Shown here: piece after piece, positions 50,706 through 59,943 of the stretch
Layout of the letters: each line of letters starts with the position of its first letter
Position numbering within the stretch: the stretch's first letter is position 1
From: an uncultured delta proteobacterium
GTDB taxonomy: Bacteria; Desulfobacterota; Binatia; UBA9968
Length of the DNA: 64,000 bases
Assembly (NCBI GenBank): GCA_963840855.1
Contig: CAWJBB010000031.1
Location: 1 to 64,000 of the forward strand
Reading direction: 5' to 3'
Position numbers and translations under genes: made by a program
Notes under the pieces: model-generated
The model's input: only the letters and a program-made list of their open reading frames with translations
Database searches by the model: none
What the model was told of the DNA's origin: nothing

Positions 50706-51926
50706 ATGGACCCGCTTATCACTACCGCGGCGCGCGCGCTGGCGGCGGGCGATCCCCTCGGCGCGTTGAAGCGGGTCGCCCTGCGCGACGACACGCCCGC
50801 GCTCGCGCTTCGAGGCATCGCGATGGCGCAGCTCGGCGATCTCGTTCGAGCGAAGGCGCTCCTGCGACGTGCTGCGCGCGCCTTCGGTCCGAAAGAGGCC
50901 GTGGCCCGCGCGAGGTGCGTCGTCGCCGAAGCCGAGATCGCGCTCGTCTCGCGCGACCTCGGCTGGCCTGCGAAGGCGCTCGACACGGCGCGGGCGACCC
51001 TCGAAGCGCACGCCGACCGGGCGAACGCCGCGCACGCGCGGTATCTCGAGGTCCGGCGCCTGCTCCTGATCGGGCGCATCGACGAAGCCGAGCGCACGCT
51101 CGCCAAGCTCGACCCCGCGCTGCTCCCTGCCGCGTCCAGGACCGCCCACGAGCTGGCGGTCGCAGGGATCGCGATTCGACGCCTCAGGACGAAGGCGGCG
51201 CGCGCTGCGCTCGCTCGGGCCAAACGCGCCGCGCGCCACGCGCGCATCCCTGCACTGACGGCGGAAGTCGAAAGCGCATCCCGCGTGCTGAACACGCCCG
51301 CGGCACGCCTGATTACGAAGGGAAATGAGCGACTTCTCCTGCTCGAGGAGGTCGAAGCGTTGCTGGCATCGAAAGCATTCGTCGTGGACGCGTGCCGTCA
51401 TGTCGTGCGTGAGGCACGCACCTTGGTCTCGCTCGCAAGGCGTCCGGTGTTGTTCGCGCTCGTACGCGCGCTGGGCGAATCGTGGCCCGGAGACATGCCG
51501 AGGGACATGCTCATCGCGCGGGCATTCGGAGCAAAGCGCGCCAATGAATCGCATCGCGTGCGGTTGCGGGTCGAAGTCGGGCGGCTTCGCGCGGCGCTGC
51601 GGAAGCTCGCCGGCGTGAGCGCGACGCAGCGGGGTTTCGCGCTGGCACCGCGCCGCGCACGCGACGTGGTCGTGCTGGCCCCGCCCGTCGAAGAGGAGCA
51701 TGCGCGGGTGCTCGCATTCCTCGCCGACGAGGAATCGTGGTCGAGCTCGGCCCTTGCGCTGGCGCTGGCAACGAGCCAGCGCACCGTGCAGCGTGCGCTC
51801 GACTCGCTTGAGGCAGCAGGCAAGGTGCAGTCGTTCGGTCGCGGACGAGCTCGTCGTTGGATGACCCCACCCATGCCGGGATTCACGACGACATTGTTAC
51901 TCCCCGCTCCACTGCCGAGCGACTAG
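50706..51926 (+). CDS. Putative transcriptional regulator (helical repeat plus C-terminal wHTH), divergent from DUF899
   Basis: AARALAAGDPLGALKRVALR, RLRVEVGRLR, WSSSALALALATSQRTVQRAL. Confidence 0.75.
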   Translation: MDPLITTAARALAAGDPLGALKRVALRDDTPALALRGIAMAQLGDLVRAKALLRRAARAFGPKEAVARARCVVAEAEIALVSRDLGWPAKALDTARATLEAHADRANAAHARYLEVRRLLLIGRIDEAERTLAKLDPALLPAASRTAHELAVAGIAIRRLRTKAARAALARAKRAARHARIPALTAEVESASRVLNTPAARLITKGNERLLLLEEVEALLASKAFVVDACRHVVREARTLVSLARRPVLFALVRALGESWPGDMPRDMLIARAFGAKRANESHRVRLRVEVGRLRAALRKLAGVSATQRGFALAPRRARDVVVLAPPVEEEHARVLAFLADEESWSSSALALALATSQRTVQRALDSLEAAGKVQSFGRGRARRWMTPPMPGFTTTLLLPAPLPSD

Positions 51927-51934
51927 GATGGAAC

Positions 51935-52648
51935 ATGAGTCAATCAGCGGCCGAAATCGTTCGTGAGTATGGACCTTTTCCGGGTGTCGACCAGGTGCAT
52001 GGAGTCACCTATGACGGCCAGCACGTCTGGTTTGCCGCTGGAGACCGGCTGAACGCCTTCGATCCTGCGACCGGGAAGACGCTGCGCTCGATCGCTGTCG
52101 CCGCGAATGCAGGAACGGCCTTCGACGGCCGGCACCTGTACCAGCTCGCCGGAGATCGCATCCAGAAGATCGACCCGAAGACCGGCCGAGTGCTCGCCAC
52201 GATCCCGGCGCCCGGTGGCGGCAGTGACTCGGGGCTCACGTGGGCCGAAGGGACGCTCTGGGTGGGGCAGTATCGCGACCGGAAGATCTATCAAATCGAT
52301 CCCGAGACAGGGGCGATTCTTCGCACGATCGAGTCCAATCGCTTCGTTACCGGGGTCACCTGGATCGACGGAGAGCTGTGGCACGGCACCTGGGAAGGTG
52401 ACCAGAGCGATTTGCGGCGAGTCGATCCGCGAACGGGAGAGGTTCTGGAGAGGGTCGAGATGCTGCCCGGAGTGGCCATTTCGGGGCTCGAGTCCGATGG
52501 CCGCGATCTTTTCTTCTGCGGAGGGGGAAGTAGCGGCAAGGTGAGGACCGTCCGCCGGCCCAAACGAGGCTCCGCGACGAGCAGCAGTTCCAAGATTCCC
52601 GTCGACCCCACGAGGAAGCGCACATCATCCTCGAAAAAAAACAATTGA
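51935..52648 (+). CDS. Beta-propeller protein, glutaminyl cyclotransferase/YncE-like
   Basis: Repeated blades GVTYDG, GTAFDG, GLTWAEG, GVTWIDG. Confidence 0.7.
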   Translation: MSQSAAEIVREYGPFPGVDQVHGVTYDGQHVWFAAGDRLNAFDPATGKTLRSIAVAANAGTAFDGRHLYQLAGDRIQKIDPKTGRVLATIPAPGGGSDSGLTWAEGTLWVGQYRDRKIYQIDPETGAILRTIESNRFVTGVTWIDGELWHGTWEGDQSDLRRVDPRTGEVLERVEMLPGVAISGLESDGRDLFFCGGGSSGKVRTVRRPKRGSATSSSSKIPVDPTRKRTSSSKKNN

Positions 52649-52755
52649 GTCTTTAGTTGTCACCATGACACCATTGTAATCGAAAATAAGTCAACAACGA
52701 TCTTATCAATCTAGCTGAATAACTTTCGATCGGCCCGCGGCGCCCTCTTCGGCGG

Positions 52756-53586
52756 TCATCTGTCTCCTGCTTCCTCAGCCGATGGAGCGGCGGCCGATGG
52801 ACCTTCGCGCACGGCGTAGGTTACCACGGGCTCAGCGATCCCTTTTACGAATTCGGCGGGCATGGGCACGAGCACGAAGCGCGCGTCGAGCTCGGCGCTT
52901 AGCGCCTCCGTCACGAGGATGTCCGCCTGATGGATTCGCGTGAGCGTCTGCACGCGCGCGGCCACGTTCACGGTGCGTCCGACGAAGTCATACTCCATGC
53001 GCTCGCGCGAGCCCACCAGGCCGACCAGCCCCAAACCGCGGTCGATGCCGATTCCCAGAGCAAGCAACGGCAGCCCCTCCCGCCCTAGCTCGACATTGTA
53101 TTCGCGGATGGCCGCACGCATCGCGAGGGCGGCGCGCACGGCATCGTTGCACTGCCACGGATTGGGTTGCAGCGCGCCGAAATAGGCGACGATGCCGTCA
53201 CCCAGGAAGTGGGCGACATGCCCGCGGTGCTCGTGGATGGCATCGCTCATGCGCTGAAAGTAGCCGTTGAGCACACGCGCCAGAACGGCCGGCTCGAGCC
53301 GGTCGCTCATCGCGGTCGAACCGACGAGATCGGCGAACAGAACGGTCACCACTTTGCGCTCGGGGGCCGCCGCCTCGATCCCCGACTTCACGCCGTCGGC
53401 GATGAGGTGCTGCAGCACACCGGCTGGAACCAGCCGCGAGCAGGATTGCTGGAGATGCTGGAGGTCAGCGGCGATCGCTTCGAGCTGGGCCTTCAGCGTC
53501 TGGTTCTGCCGCCATTGGCGATAGATTGCGACGGCGAGTCCCGCCAGGAGCACCAGCAGAGCAACTACGCCGAGGGGTCCGGTCAT
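52756..53586 (-). CDS. Class III adenylate/guanylate cyclase with one TM and a coiled coil
   Basis: VLFADLVGST, FLGDG, LGIGI, GRTVNVAARVQ. Confidence 0.9.
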   Translation of the reverse strand: MTGPLGVVALLVLLAGLAVAIYRQWRQNQTLKAQLEAIAADLQHLQQSCSRLVPAGVLQHLIADGVKSGIEAAAPERKVVTVLFADLVGSTAMSDRLEPAVLARVLNGYFQRMSDAIHEHRGHVAHFLGDGIVAYFGALQPNPWQCNDAVRAALAMRAAIREYNVELGREGLPLLALGIGIDRGLGLVGLVGSRERMEYDFVGRTVNVAARVQTLTRIHQADILVTEALSAELDARFVLVPMPAEFVKGIAEPVVTYAVREGPSAAAPSAEEAGDR

Positions 53587-54677
53587 GTATTATTGTCCAG
53601 CACCGTCGCGCCCATCCGGCAGAGCCCATTGGCCAGCGACGCCACACCGATTGCCTCGAGGAGCTGCGGGCCCGAGAGGCGGTCGCGGAGCATACGGGCG
53701 CGGCGCTGTAGCGGCGCGGGCTCGTACCAGATCGTTTCGCGAGCGAACGGCACGAGCAGCCGCTCGATGGCGTCAAGCTCGGGCGCGTCGAGATGAGTCA
53801 GGACTTGGGCGAGCGTCGATTCCTTCAATCCCTCTCTCCGGAGAGCTTCACTCACCTCCGGCGCGCAGACCTCGCACCCCAGCCCGCGCGCGATGACGGC
53901 GATCATCAGAAGTTTGCAGCGTCGCGTGAGATGGGGAGACGCCCACATCTCTGCGAGCGTTCGCGCCAATATCGCGCCGATCGGAGAACCCGCGTAGGTT
54001 TCCACGAGCCGGCCGTAGGCATAGGGCGGCACGGCGTCCAGCACGGTGGGCCGCCCGCGATAACGATGTCTTTTAACGATCAAACCGAGCAAGGGCCGGA
54101 GCAGCCGTACGAAAAGGCGATCGGGCATGCTCTCGATGGAATACGCAGGAATCGCGGGAATCGTATGGGCGCGGTTGTTGAAGTCCGTCAATGCCGCTGT
54201 GAACGCGATCTCTTTCATCTCTTCGATCCCCAAGCCCGAACGACGCAAAGTCTCACGGGCAGCTTGCGCTCCTGCAGGACCCGAGCGTGACTGGCTCCGC
54301 CCGAAGGCGATCGCCGCCATCGTCCGCGGCGGCAGATCAGCGCGCGCCACTTCCTGTTCCATGCGCTGGATACGCCGCCAGGACATTCCCTGAGCCCACA
54401 GTAACGCCCGCACGGCAGCGTAGCAGAAACGGCACGAGTTCTCCTGACTTACCACAAGCACGACGAGGTCCGCGATCGCTTGATCGAGGTGCATCAGCAG
54501 CCCGTACTCGGGATGCAGATCGATTACCGCCCGTGCCATCCAGGGAACGGACGCGAAGTAAGCGATCATCGGGTTCGGAATCCCCCACCTTCGCCGGGCA
54601 TAGGACTGTAACGCCGGGTCTGGAAAGGGCTCGACCAGGCACGACTCCCATTCAACCTGTTGCAGGACACCGTTCAT
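53583..54677 (-). CDS. Tandem AhpD/carboxymuconolactone decarboxylase-like protein
   Basis: VSQENSCRFC and ARGLGCEVC CxxC motifs in two CMD-like halves; ATGA overlap with the cyclase. Confidence 0.7.
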   Translation of the reverse strand: MNGVLQQVEWESCLVEPFPDPALQSYARRRWGIPNPMIAYFASVPWMARAVIDLHPEYGLLMHLDQAIADLVVLVVSQENSCRFCYAAVRALLWAQGMSWRRIQRMEQEVARADLPPRTMAAIAFGRSQSRSGPAGAQAARETLRRSGLGIEEMKEIAFTAALTDFNNRAHTIPAIPAYSIESMPDRLFVRLLRPLLGLIVKRHRYRGRPTVLDAVPPYAYGRLVETYAGSPIGAILARTLAEMWASPHLTRRCKLLMIAVIARGLGCEVCAPEVSEALRREGLKESTLAQVLTHLDAPELDAIERLLVPFARETIWYEPAPLQRRARMLRDRLSGPQLLEAIGVASLANGLCRMGATVLDNNT

Positions 54678-54759
54678 GATCTGACTCGAACGCGGTGGCT
54701 GACCGACCGGAGACAAATTCGCGTCATGCGCGGCTCCTTGAGCTTCATCGGATAAATAT

Positions 54760-54840
54760 GTTCAAGCCGTTCAAAACGTTCAAGCCGTTCAAAACGTTGA
54801 ACTGTTCCAAACGTTCCAGCGCTTTCAGGTGTTCCAAACG
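54760..54840. repeat. 9-nt GTTC(A/C)A tandem array, about 9 units
   Basis: gttcaagcc gttcaaaac gttcaagcc gttcaaaac gttgaact gttccaaac gttccagc ... gttccaaac. Confidence 0.8.
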
Positions 54841-55372
54841 TGCGGGCATCGAGGTCAAATCTCGTATTTTGATATTGCGGATTTTCGTTGGTAACACCAC
54901 GTTTTCGACGTGAGAGCGCGGTCCTGTGTTTCAGTTTGGACGAATTATTCGGGATTACCCACTGAGCCCGGCAGAGGGCCTGACGAATAACGAGGTCTGA
55001 GAAAAGGGGTCGGGATGAGTCTTTTCTTGATGAAGAAGCGCTTTATGCGATAGATGCACGAGCTAAAAGTCCATTTACAACATTTAGGGTCAAATCTTTT
55101 GTTGACAGTTGACCGATAAAGAACGCAAACGGAAAGAGGAGGGCGGCGCCCTCATAAAAGAAATCAATCGACGACGCGACGTATGGTTTGAGCTCGGATC
55201 GAACTGGTTGAAGCGCGAGGTCAATTCAAATTCTGGACAATCTTGCAGAACGCCCCAGTGATCCTCGTGACGTCCGGCGAATCAATAGCGGACTGGGCAC
55301 GGAATGCGCACAATGAGCACACGCACCAGCCTGAGAACCCGGAATCCGAATGCACTAAGTAGTGAATTCTTT

Positions 55373-55458
55373 TGGTGCCGGAGGAGGGACTTGAACCCTC
55401 ACGGGGTTGCCCCCACCGAATTTTGAGTCCGGCGCGTCTGCCGTTCCACCACTCCGGC
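55373..55458 (-). tRNA. tRNA-Leu (CAA)
   Basis: GCCGGAGTGGTGGAACGGCAGACGCGCCGGACTCAAAATTCGGTGGGGGCAACCCCGTGAGGGTTCAAGTCCCTCCTCCGGCACCA; long variable arm, encoded CCA. Confidence 0.96.
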
Positions 55459-55474
55459 ACGATAGGATAATCAA

Positions 55475-56620
55475 TCACTTACGCCCGCCTGCGGCTTGCT
55501 CGGTTTGCTCACTGTGTGAGTTTTGTCGGTGTCCGTTTTCGAGCTCGGCGACCTTGGCAGCTTTCGCTTCGTTCTCAAGATAGCGTTGATACGCTTCTTC
55601 TGCAAGCTCGGTGTCCACGGTGTCAACGATTCGATAAAGCTTGTAGATCTGCAAGGTCTTCCGGTTCATGTACTTGCTCGCGACGGTCTCCGGTACGCCT
55701 GCGCGGGACAAGTTCACGGCACAACTCCGACACAAAGCATGGTCCGTAACTCCGCCGAGTTTAGCCTCGCTCGTGGCCCGTTTCCACTCATCGCGAAAAT
55801 CCTTTATTCGCCGACCGTTTCGATGAAAAATGAACGGGCAATCAAGTCGAAGCTTTTCCTTCCGGCGTAGAAGCACGGCGCGCATGGTGGGGAATTTCTT
55901 AAACGACAACAACGCCCCTTGCTTGTTCTTGGAGATCGCATGCCGGAGTTTGACGGTCTCGCGCTGCCAATCAACGTCCTTTTTCTCCAGACGCATGATC
56001 GAGCCGACGCGCCACCCTGAGGCATACTGAAACTCGATGAGATCCCGGACATCGGTGTCGTGAAACTTTGTCAACAGCCGGGTGAAGTCCGCGGCTTCCA
56101 CGTAATCGTCGCGCTTGTTTTCGTTCGGGAGGAGTTCGATCACCGGCGCCGCGGCGAGCTTCCCGAGCTTGCAAGAGAGCCGAAGCATTCGCCGGAGGTA
56201 GCGCAGCTCGCCGTTGATCGTGGCGATCGCGGCCTTCTCCTCGATTCGTCGATCGATGTGCTTGTTGATCTTGGCGAGATCGATGTCGGCGGGGCGTGTG
56301 AATTCGAAAGAGACGGCGAGCGGCTTGATCTTATGCTCTACGTCTTCCCAAGAGCGGTTACCCTTCCGCTTATAATCCGCCTTCATGAGCTCCACCATGT
56401 CGGTGTAATAAAATTTCTGCTGGCGGAGCGCGTAAGCGCCCTTCCCGATTTCCTCTAGCCGGCGTCGGAGCAGCGCCCTAGCCTTCGCCTCGCTGTCGGT
56501 CTTCGCCGACTCGACACGCTCGCGGCCGCGGAACCAATAGGCGATGGAGTAGTTTGGTGACTCTTTGATCGTGCCGTCGGGAAGCTTCCAGGCGCGCTTG
56601 AATACTCGGCCTACCGCCAT
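55475..56620 (-). CDS. Tyrosine recombinase/phage integrase with atypical catalytic motifs
   Basis: Arm-binding-type N-terminus, [27 protein letters not shown]-terminal Tyr; adjacent to tRNA. Confidence 0.88.
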   Translation of the reverse strand: MAVGRVFKRAWKLPDGTIKESPNYSIAYWFRGRERVESAKTDSEAKARALLRRRLEEIGKGAYALRQQKFYYTDMVELMKADYKRKGNRSWEDVEHKIKPLAVSFEFTRPADIDLAKINKHIDRRIEEKAAIATINGELRYLRRMLRLSCKLGKLAAAPVIELLPNENKRDDYVEAADFTRLLTKFHDTDVRDLIEFQYASGWRVGSIMRLEKKDVDWQRETVKLRHAISKNKQGALLSFKKFPTMRAVLLRRKEKLRLDCPFIFHRNGRRIKDFRDEWKRATSEAKLGGVTDHALCRSCAVNLSRAGVPETVASKYMNRKTLQIYKLYRIVDTVDTELAEEAYQRYLENEAKAAKVAELENGHRQNSHSEQTEQAAGGRK

Positions 56621-56775
56621 AGCTGTGATCCCCTATTTAGATCGAGCTTTGCTGGATCGTCTTTCATCAGCTCTGCATTTTCAGCTTAACAAATATCGAT
56701 TTTCCATATGGACCTCGTTTGCACAATAAAAAAGGCCGGGCTCCTCTCCCGCGCCATGCGAGAAGAAGTCGCGGC

Positions 56776-56806
56776 CCTCGTGTCGGCAGTTCGATTCTGT
56801 CCCTAG
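56776..56806 (+). other. 3' fragment of a tRNA (Phe-like), probable att remnant
   Basis: CCTCGTGTC-GGCAG-TTCGATT-CTGTC-CCTAG: intact T-arm, cut by the IS at CTAG. Confidence 0.65.
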
Positions 56807-58255
56807 CAGCCTGTGGTGAAAGTCGCGCACGGAGTGGCGGTAGTTGGTGTTGCGAAATCGACAGGAACAAAGATTCGTAGTAAAGTTTTCCGTATGGCGA
56901 TGGGACAACGAACACACGAAGAGCAAGCGGCGATTTGGGTGGCGGTCAGCGAGCTACCGCGGTCGGTGAGTCACCCGTTCTACGAGAAGCTAAATCGGCT
57001 GTTGGCCGAGCATGGATTCGACGACTTCGTCGAGGCGCAGTGCCGGCCATTCTATGCGGAGAAGATGGGGCGGCCCAGTCTGGCACCGGGACAATATTTC
57101 CGTCTCCTCTTGCTTGGCTACTTCGAAGGCCTGGACTCGGAACGCGGCATCGCCTGGCGTGCGGCGGACTCCTCAGGAGTGCGGGCGTTTCTCGGGCTCG
57201 CGCTGACAGAGGCGGCGCCGGATCATTCGACGATATCGCGGACGCGGCGATTGATCGACCTGGACACCCATCGGGCGGTGTTCAGATGGGTTCTTCAGTG
57301 TCTGGGCATCGCCGGCCTGGTCAAGGGGAAAACGATTGCGATAGACGCCACGACGCTCGAAGCGAATGCGGCCCTGCGCAGCATCGTGCGCCGCGACACC
57401 GGGGAGAGCTATCACGAGTTTTTGACCAAGCTGGCTCAGGCCTCTGGCATTGAGACCCCCACGCGGGAGGATCTCGCTAAGCTGGATCGCAAGCGCAAGA
57501 AGAAAGGGTCGAACAAGGACTGGGAACATCCGCACGACCCCGACGCGCGCATCACCAAGATGAAGGACGGGCGCACCCATTTAGCGCACAAAGCCGAGCA
57601 TGCGGTGGACCTGGAGACCGGTGCGATCGTGGCCGTCACGCTACAGGAGGCCGATCAGGGCGATACCACAACGATCCAGACCACGCTGCCCGAAGCGGTC
57701 GAGCAGTTGGAAGCCGTAGCCGCCGTCACCGACGATGTGGTGAGGACGGGGGAGGAACTGGTCGCCGACAAGGGCTATCACAGCAAGCAAACCGTGCTCG
57801 ATGTACAGTCCCTGGGACTGCGCAGCTACATCAGCGAACCGGATCGGGGTCGGCAGCACTGGATCGATCAGCACGCCGAGCGCGACGCAGTGTATGCCAA
57901 TCGGCGGCGCATCGAGGGTGAGCGCGGGCAGCAGTTGATGCGGCGACGGGGTGAGTTGTTGGAGCGACCCAATGTTCTCCTCTATGATACCGGCGGGATG
58001 CGGCGGACTCATCTGCGTGGGCACGGCAACATTCTCAAACGGCTGCTCGTGCACGTGGCGGCCTGCAATCTGGGCCTGTGGATGCGCACATTGACGGGCA
58101 TTGGAACGCCACACGGCCTGCAGGGCCGCCTGGCCATCGTACTGGCTTTCTTTTTTACTCTGTGGGGAGTCCTGCGCAACCGAGTAACCGCGCATCGCCG
58201 CCGAGGACTCGATCTGAGACTAATTGCGATCCCAAGTTACCGCCTCGCACAGGCC
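56807..58255 (+). mobile_element. IS1182/IS5-like insertion sequence; transposase from 56894; right end not found
   Basis: GRPSLAPG, SERGIAW, PDHSTISR, IDATTLEANA, DPDAR, ADKGYH; left end CAGCCTGTGGTGAAAGTC after CTAG. Confidence 0.82.
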
Positions 58256-58652
58256 GGTTTGGTTCTCGAAGAACTTTTGCTGCGTCGTCACATCCGTCGC
58301 GTACCGGTTCTTTGCCCGGCGTTGCTACAACGCCAGTGGAAAATCGAGCTTCGCCGTAAGTTCAATCTCGAATTCGAGATTATCGATTCCGAGTCCACGT
58401 TCCAGCTCCGTCGTCGTATGGGGATCGACACAAATCCGTGGAAAAGCATTCCCTCGGATCATAACGTCGATGGAGTACCTGAGAATGCCTGACGTACTGC
58501 AGCAGTTTCTTCGTGCATCGGGGGACAGCCCTGATTTGCGGTCTAATGGTCATACCCTTGCTCATGCTCCGTGGGATGCGCTGATTGTGGACGAATATCA
58601 TCATTTCGCTCCGCAGGCAGGGAATCGGGCGAGCCCACGCACAAGGATATAA
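58250..58652 (+). pseudogene. Fragment of an SNF2-family helicase resembling DISARM DrmD
   Basis: AGLVLEELLLR..VLCPALLQRQWKIELRRKFNLEFEIIDS..GIDTNPW, then after a frameshift FPRIITSMEYL..WDALIVDEYHH. Confidence 0.65.
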
Positions 58653-58979
58653 TGTTACCCAACAAATTTGGAAGCATAATACTGCAATGTAGGAACGCTG
58701 TGGGTAAAGGGACCCGCTGTCTTTTCAATGCGTCGCTTTTAATAGGTGTCGACCATCCTTTGAATTTCATCCGCATTATTGGTTTTCGTAAGCGCAAAGG
58801 AGAACAGCAACCGTGCTTTCCACGGTTGCAGGTTGTCGCCGGCGACGAGACCGAGAAGACAAAAGGGAAGATAGGGGAATCGAAACGAAAGAAAAATAGG
58901 TTCACGAGATTGAAAATGCGACTGAACGAGATCCGCAACCGCTGAACGTTACCATACGTGATATGTTGACGGGGTCAAG

Positions 58980-59921
58980 TTGAAAATTAGCGTAATTATT
59001 TGCACCTACAATCGCGCGGCCAGCTTGTATCGAGCTTTATTGAGTCTAAATTCCATGGACGTGCCCAAGGATTTCTCCTGGGAAATACTTGTGGTGGACA
59101 ATAACTCAAATGATGACACGAAACGCATTACTGCGAGTTTTGTCCAGCGCGCTGATGTATATGTTGAAGTCCGATACGTGTTTGAAGGCAGACAGGGGCT
59201 CAATCATGCGCGCAATGCCGGGATCAAGGCTGCTGCGGGAGACTTTCTGTTTTACATCGACGACGACGTTGAGGTTACCAGCAACTGGCTCACGGAAATG
59301 AAAAACGCGTTCGACCGCTATCCGGTGATAGGGGTCGGTGGCAGGGTACTGCTCAAGAAGAACCTGAAAAAACCGCCGTGGTGGAGAATGGAGTATGACG
59401 ACGCGCTAGGAAAGTTCGACCATGGCGATAGCGTCATTCTTTCTGATGCCAGCTATAGAGGCATCATCGGAATTGGCGCAAACCTTGGCTTCAAAAGGTC
59501 CGCTTTTGATAAGCATGGATTGTTTCGTTCGGACCTTGACAGACGGAAAAATAAGCTATCAGTGGGGGGCGATACTGAATTTGTCCAACGGGTAAAAAAC
59601 GGCGGCGATTTATCCATGTACTATCCTGGCGCCGTCGTATATCATTGCCCGATGGGAAGCCGGTTCACGAAGTCCTATCTCCGGCGTTGGTATTTTCGTA
59701 TAGGAGAGTGGCAGGCGCTGAAATTCCCCGGGAAAGCGAGCAAACCCCTCTTGCTTTTCACAATACCAAGAAGGAGATACCGGCAAATGCTAGCACAATC
59801 GTGGCACGCCATGGCTTCATTTTTGACAGGGCGTCTGGATGACGGGTTTTATCACGAACTTCAGTTTATTTCAGTTCTTGGCTACTTTTTCGGAGCAGCA
59901 AAGAATTGGCTTGTCAAATGA
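58980..59921 (+). CDS. Glycosyltransferase family 2
   Basis: ISVIICTYNR, VVDNNS, GLNHARNAG, YIDDD. Confidence 0.9.
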   Translation: MKISVIICTYNRAASLYRALLSLNSMDVPKDFSWEILVVDNNSNDDTKRITASFVQRADVYVEVRYVFEGRQGLNHARNAGIKAAAGDFLFYIDDDVEVTSNWLTEMKNAFDRYPVIGVGGRVLLKKNLKKPPWWRMEYDDALGKFDHGDSVILSDASYRGIIGIGANLGFKRSAFDKHGLFRSDLDRRKNKLSVGGDTEFVQRVKNGGDLSMYYPGAVVYHCPMGSRFTKSYLRRWYFRIGEWQALKFPGKASKPLLLFTIPRRRYRQMLAQSWHAMASFLTGRLDDGFYHELQFISVLGYFFGAAKNWLVK

Positions 59922-59943
59922 CCTCTGTGGTAAGACGAATCCT

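Noticed and set aside
54760-54840. GTTCAA arrays as CRISPR arrays or LexA boxes
   Set aside because: Units are 7-9 nt with no 25-45-nt unique spacers and no cas genes. The spacing does not fit GAAC-N4-GTTC or GTTC-N7-GTTC, and the arrays are not tied to SOS genes.
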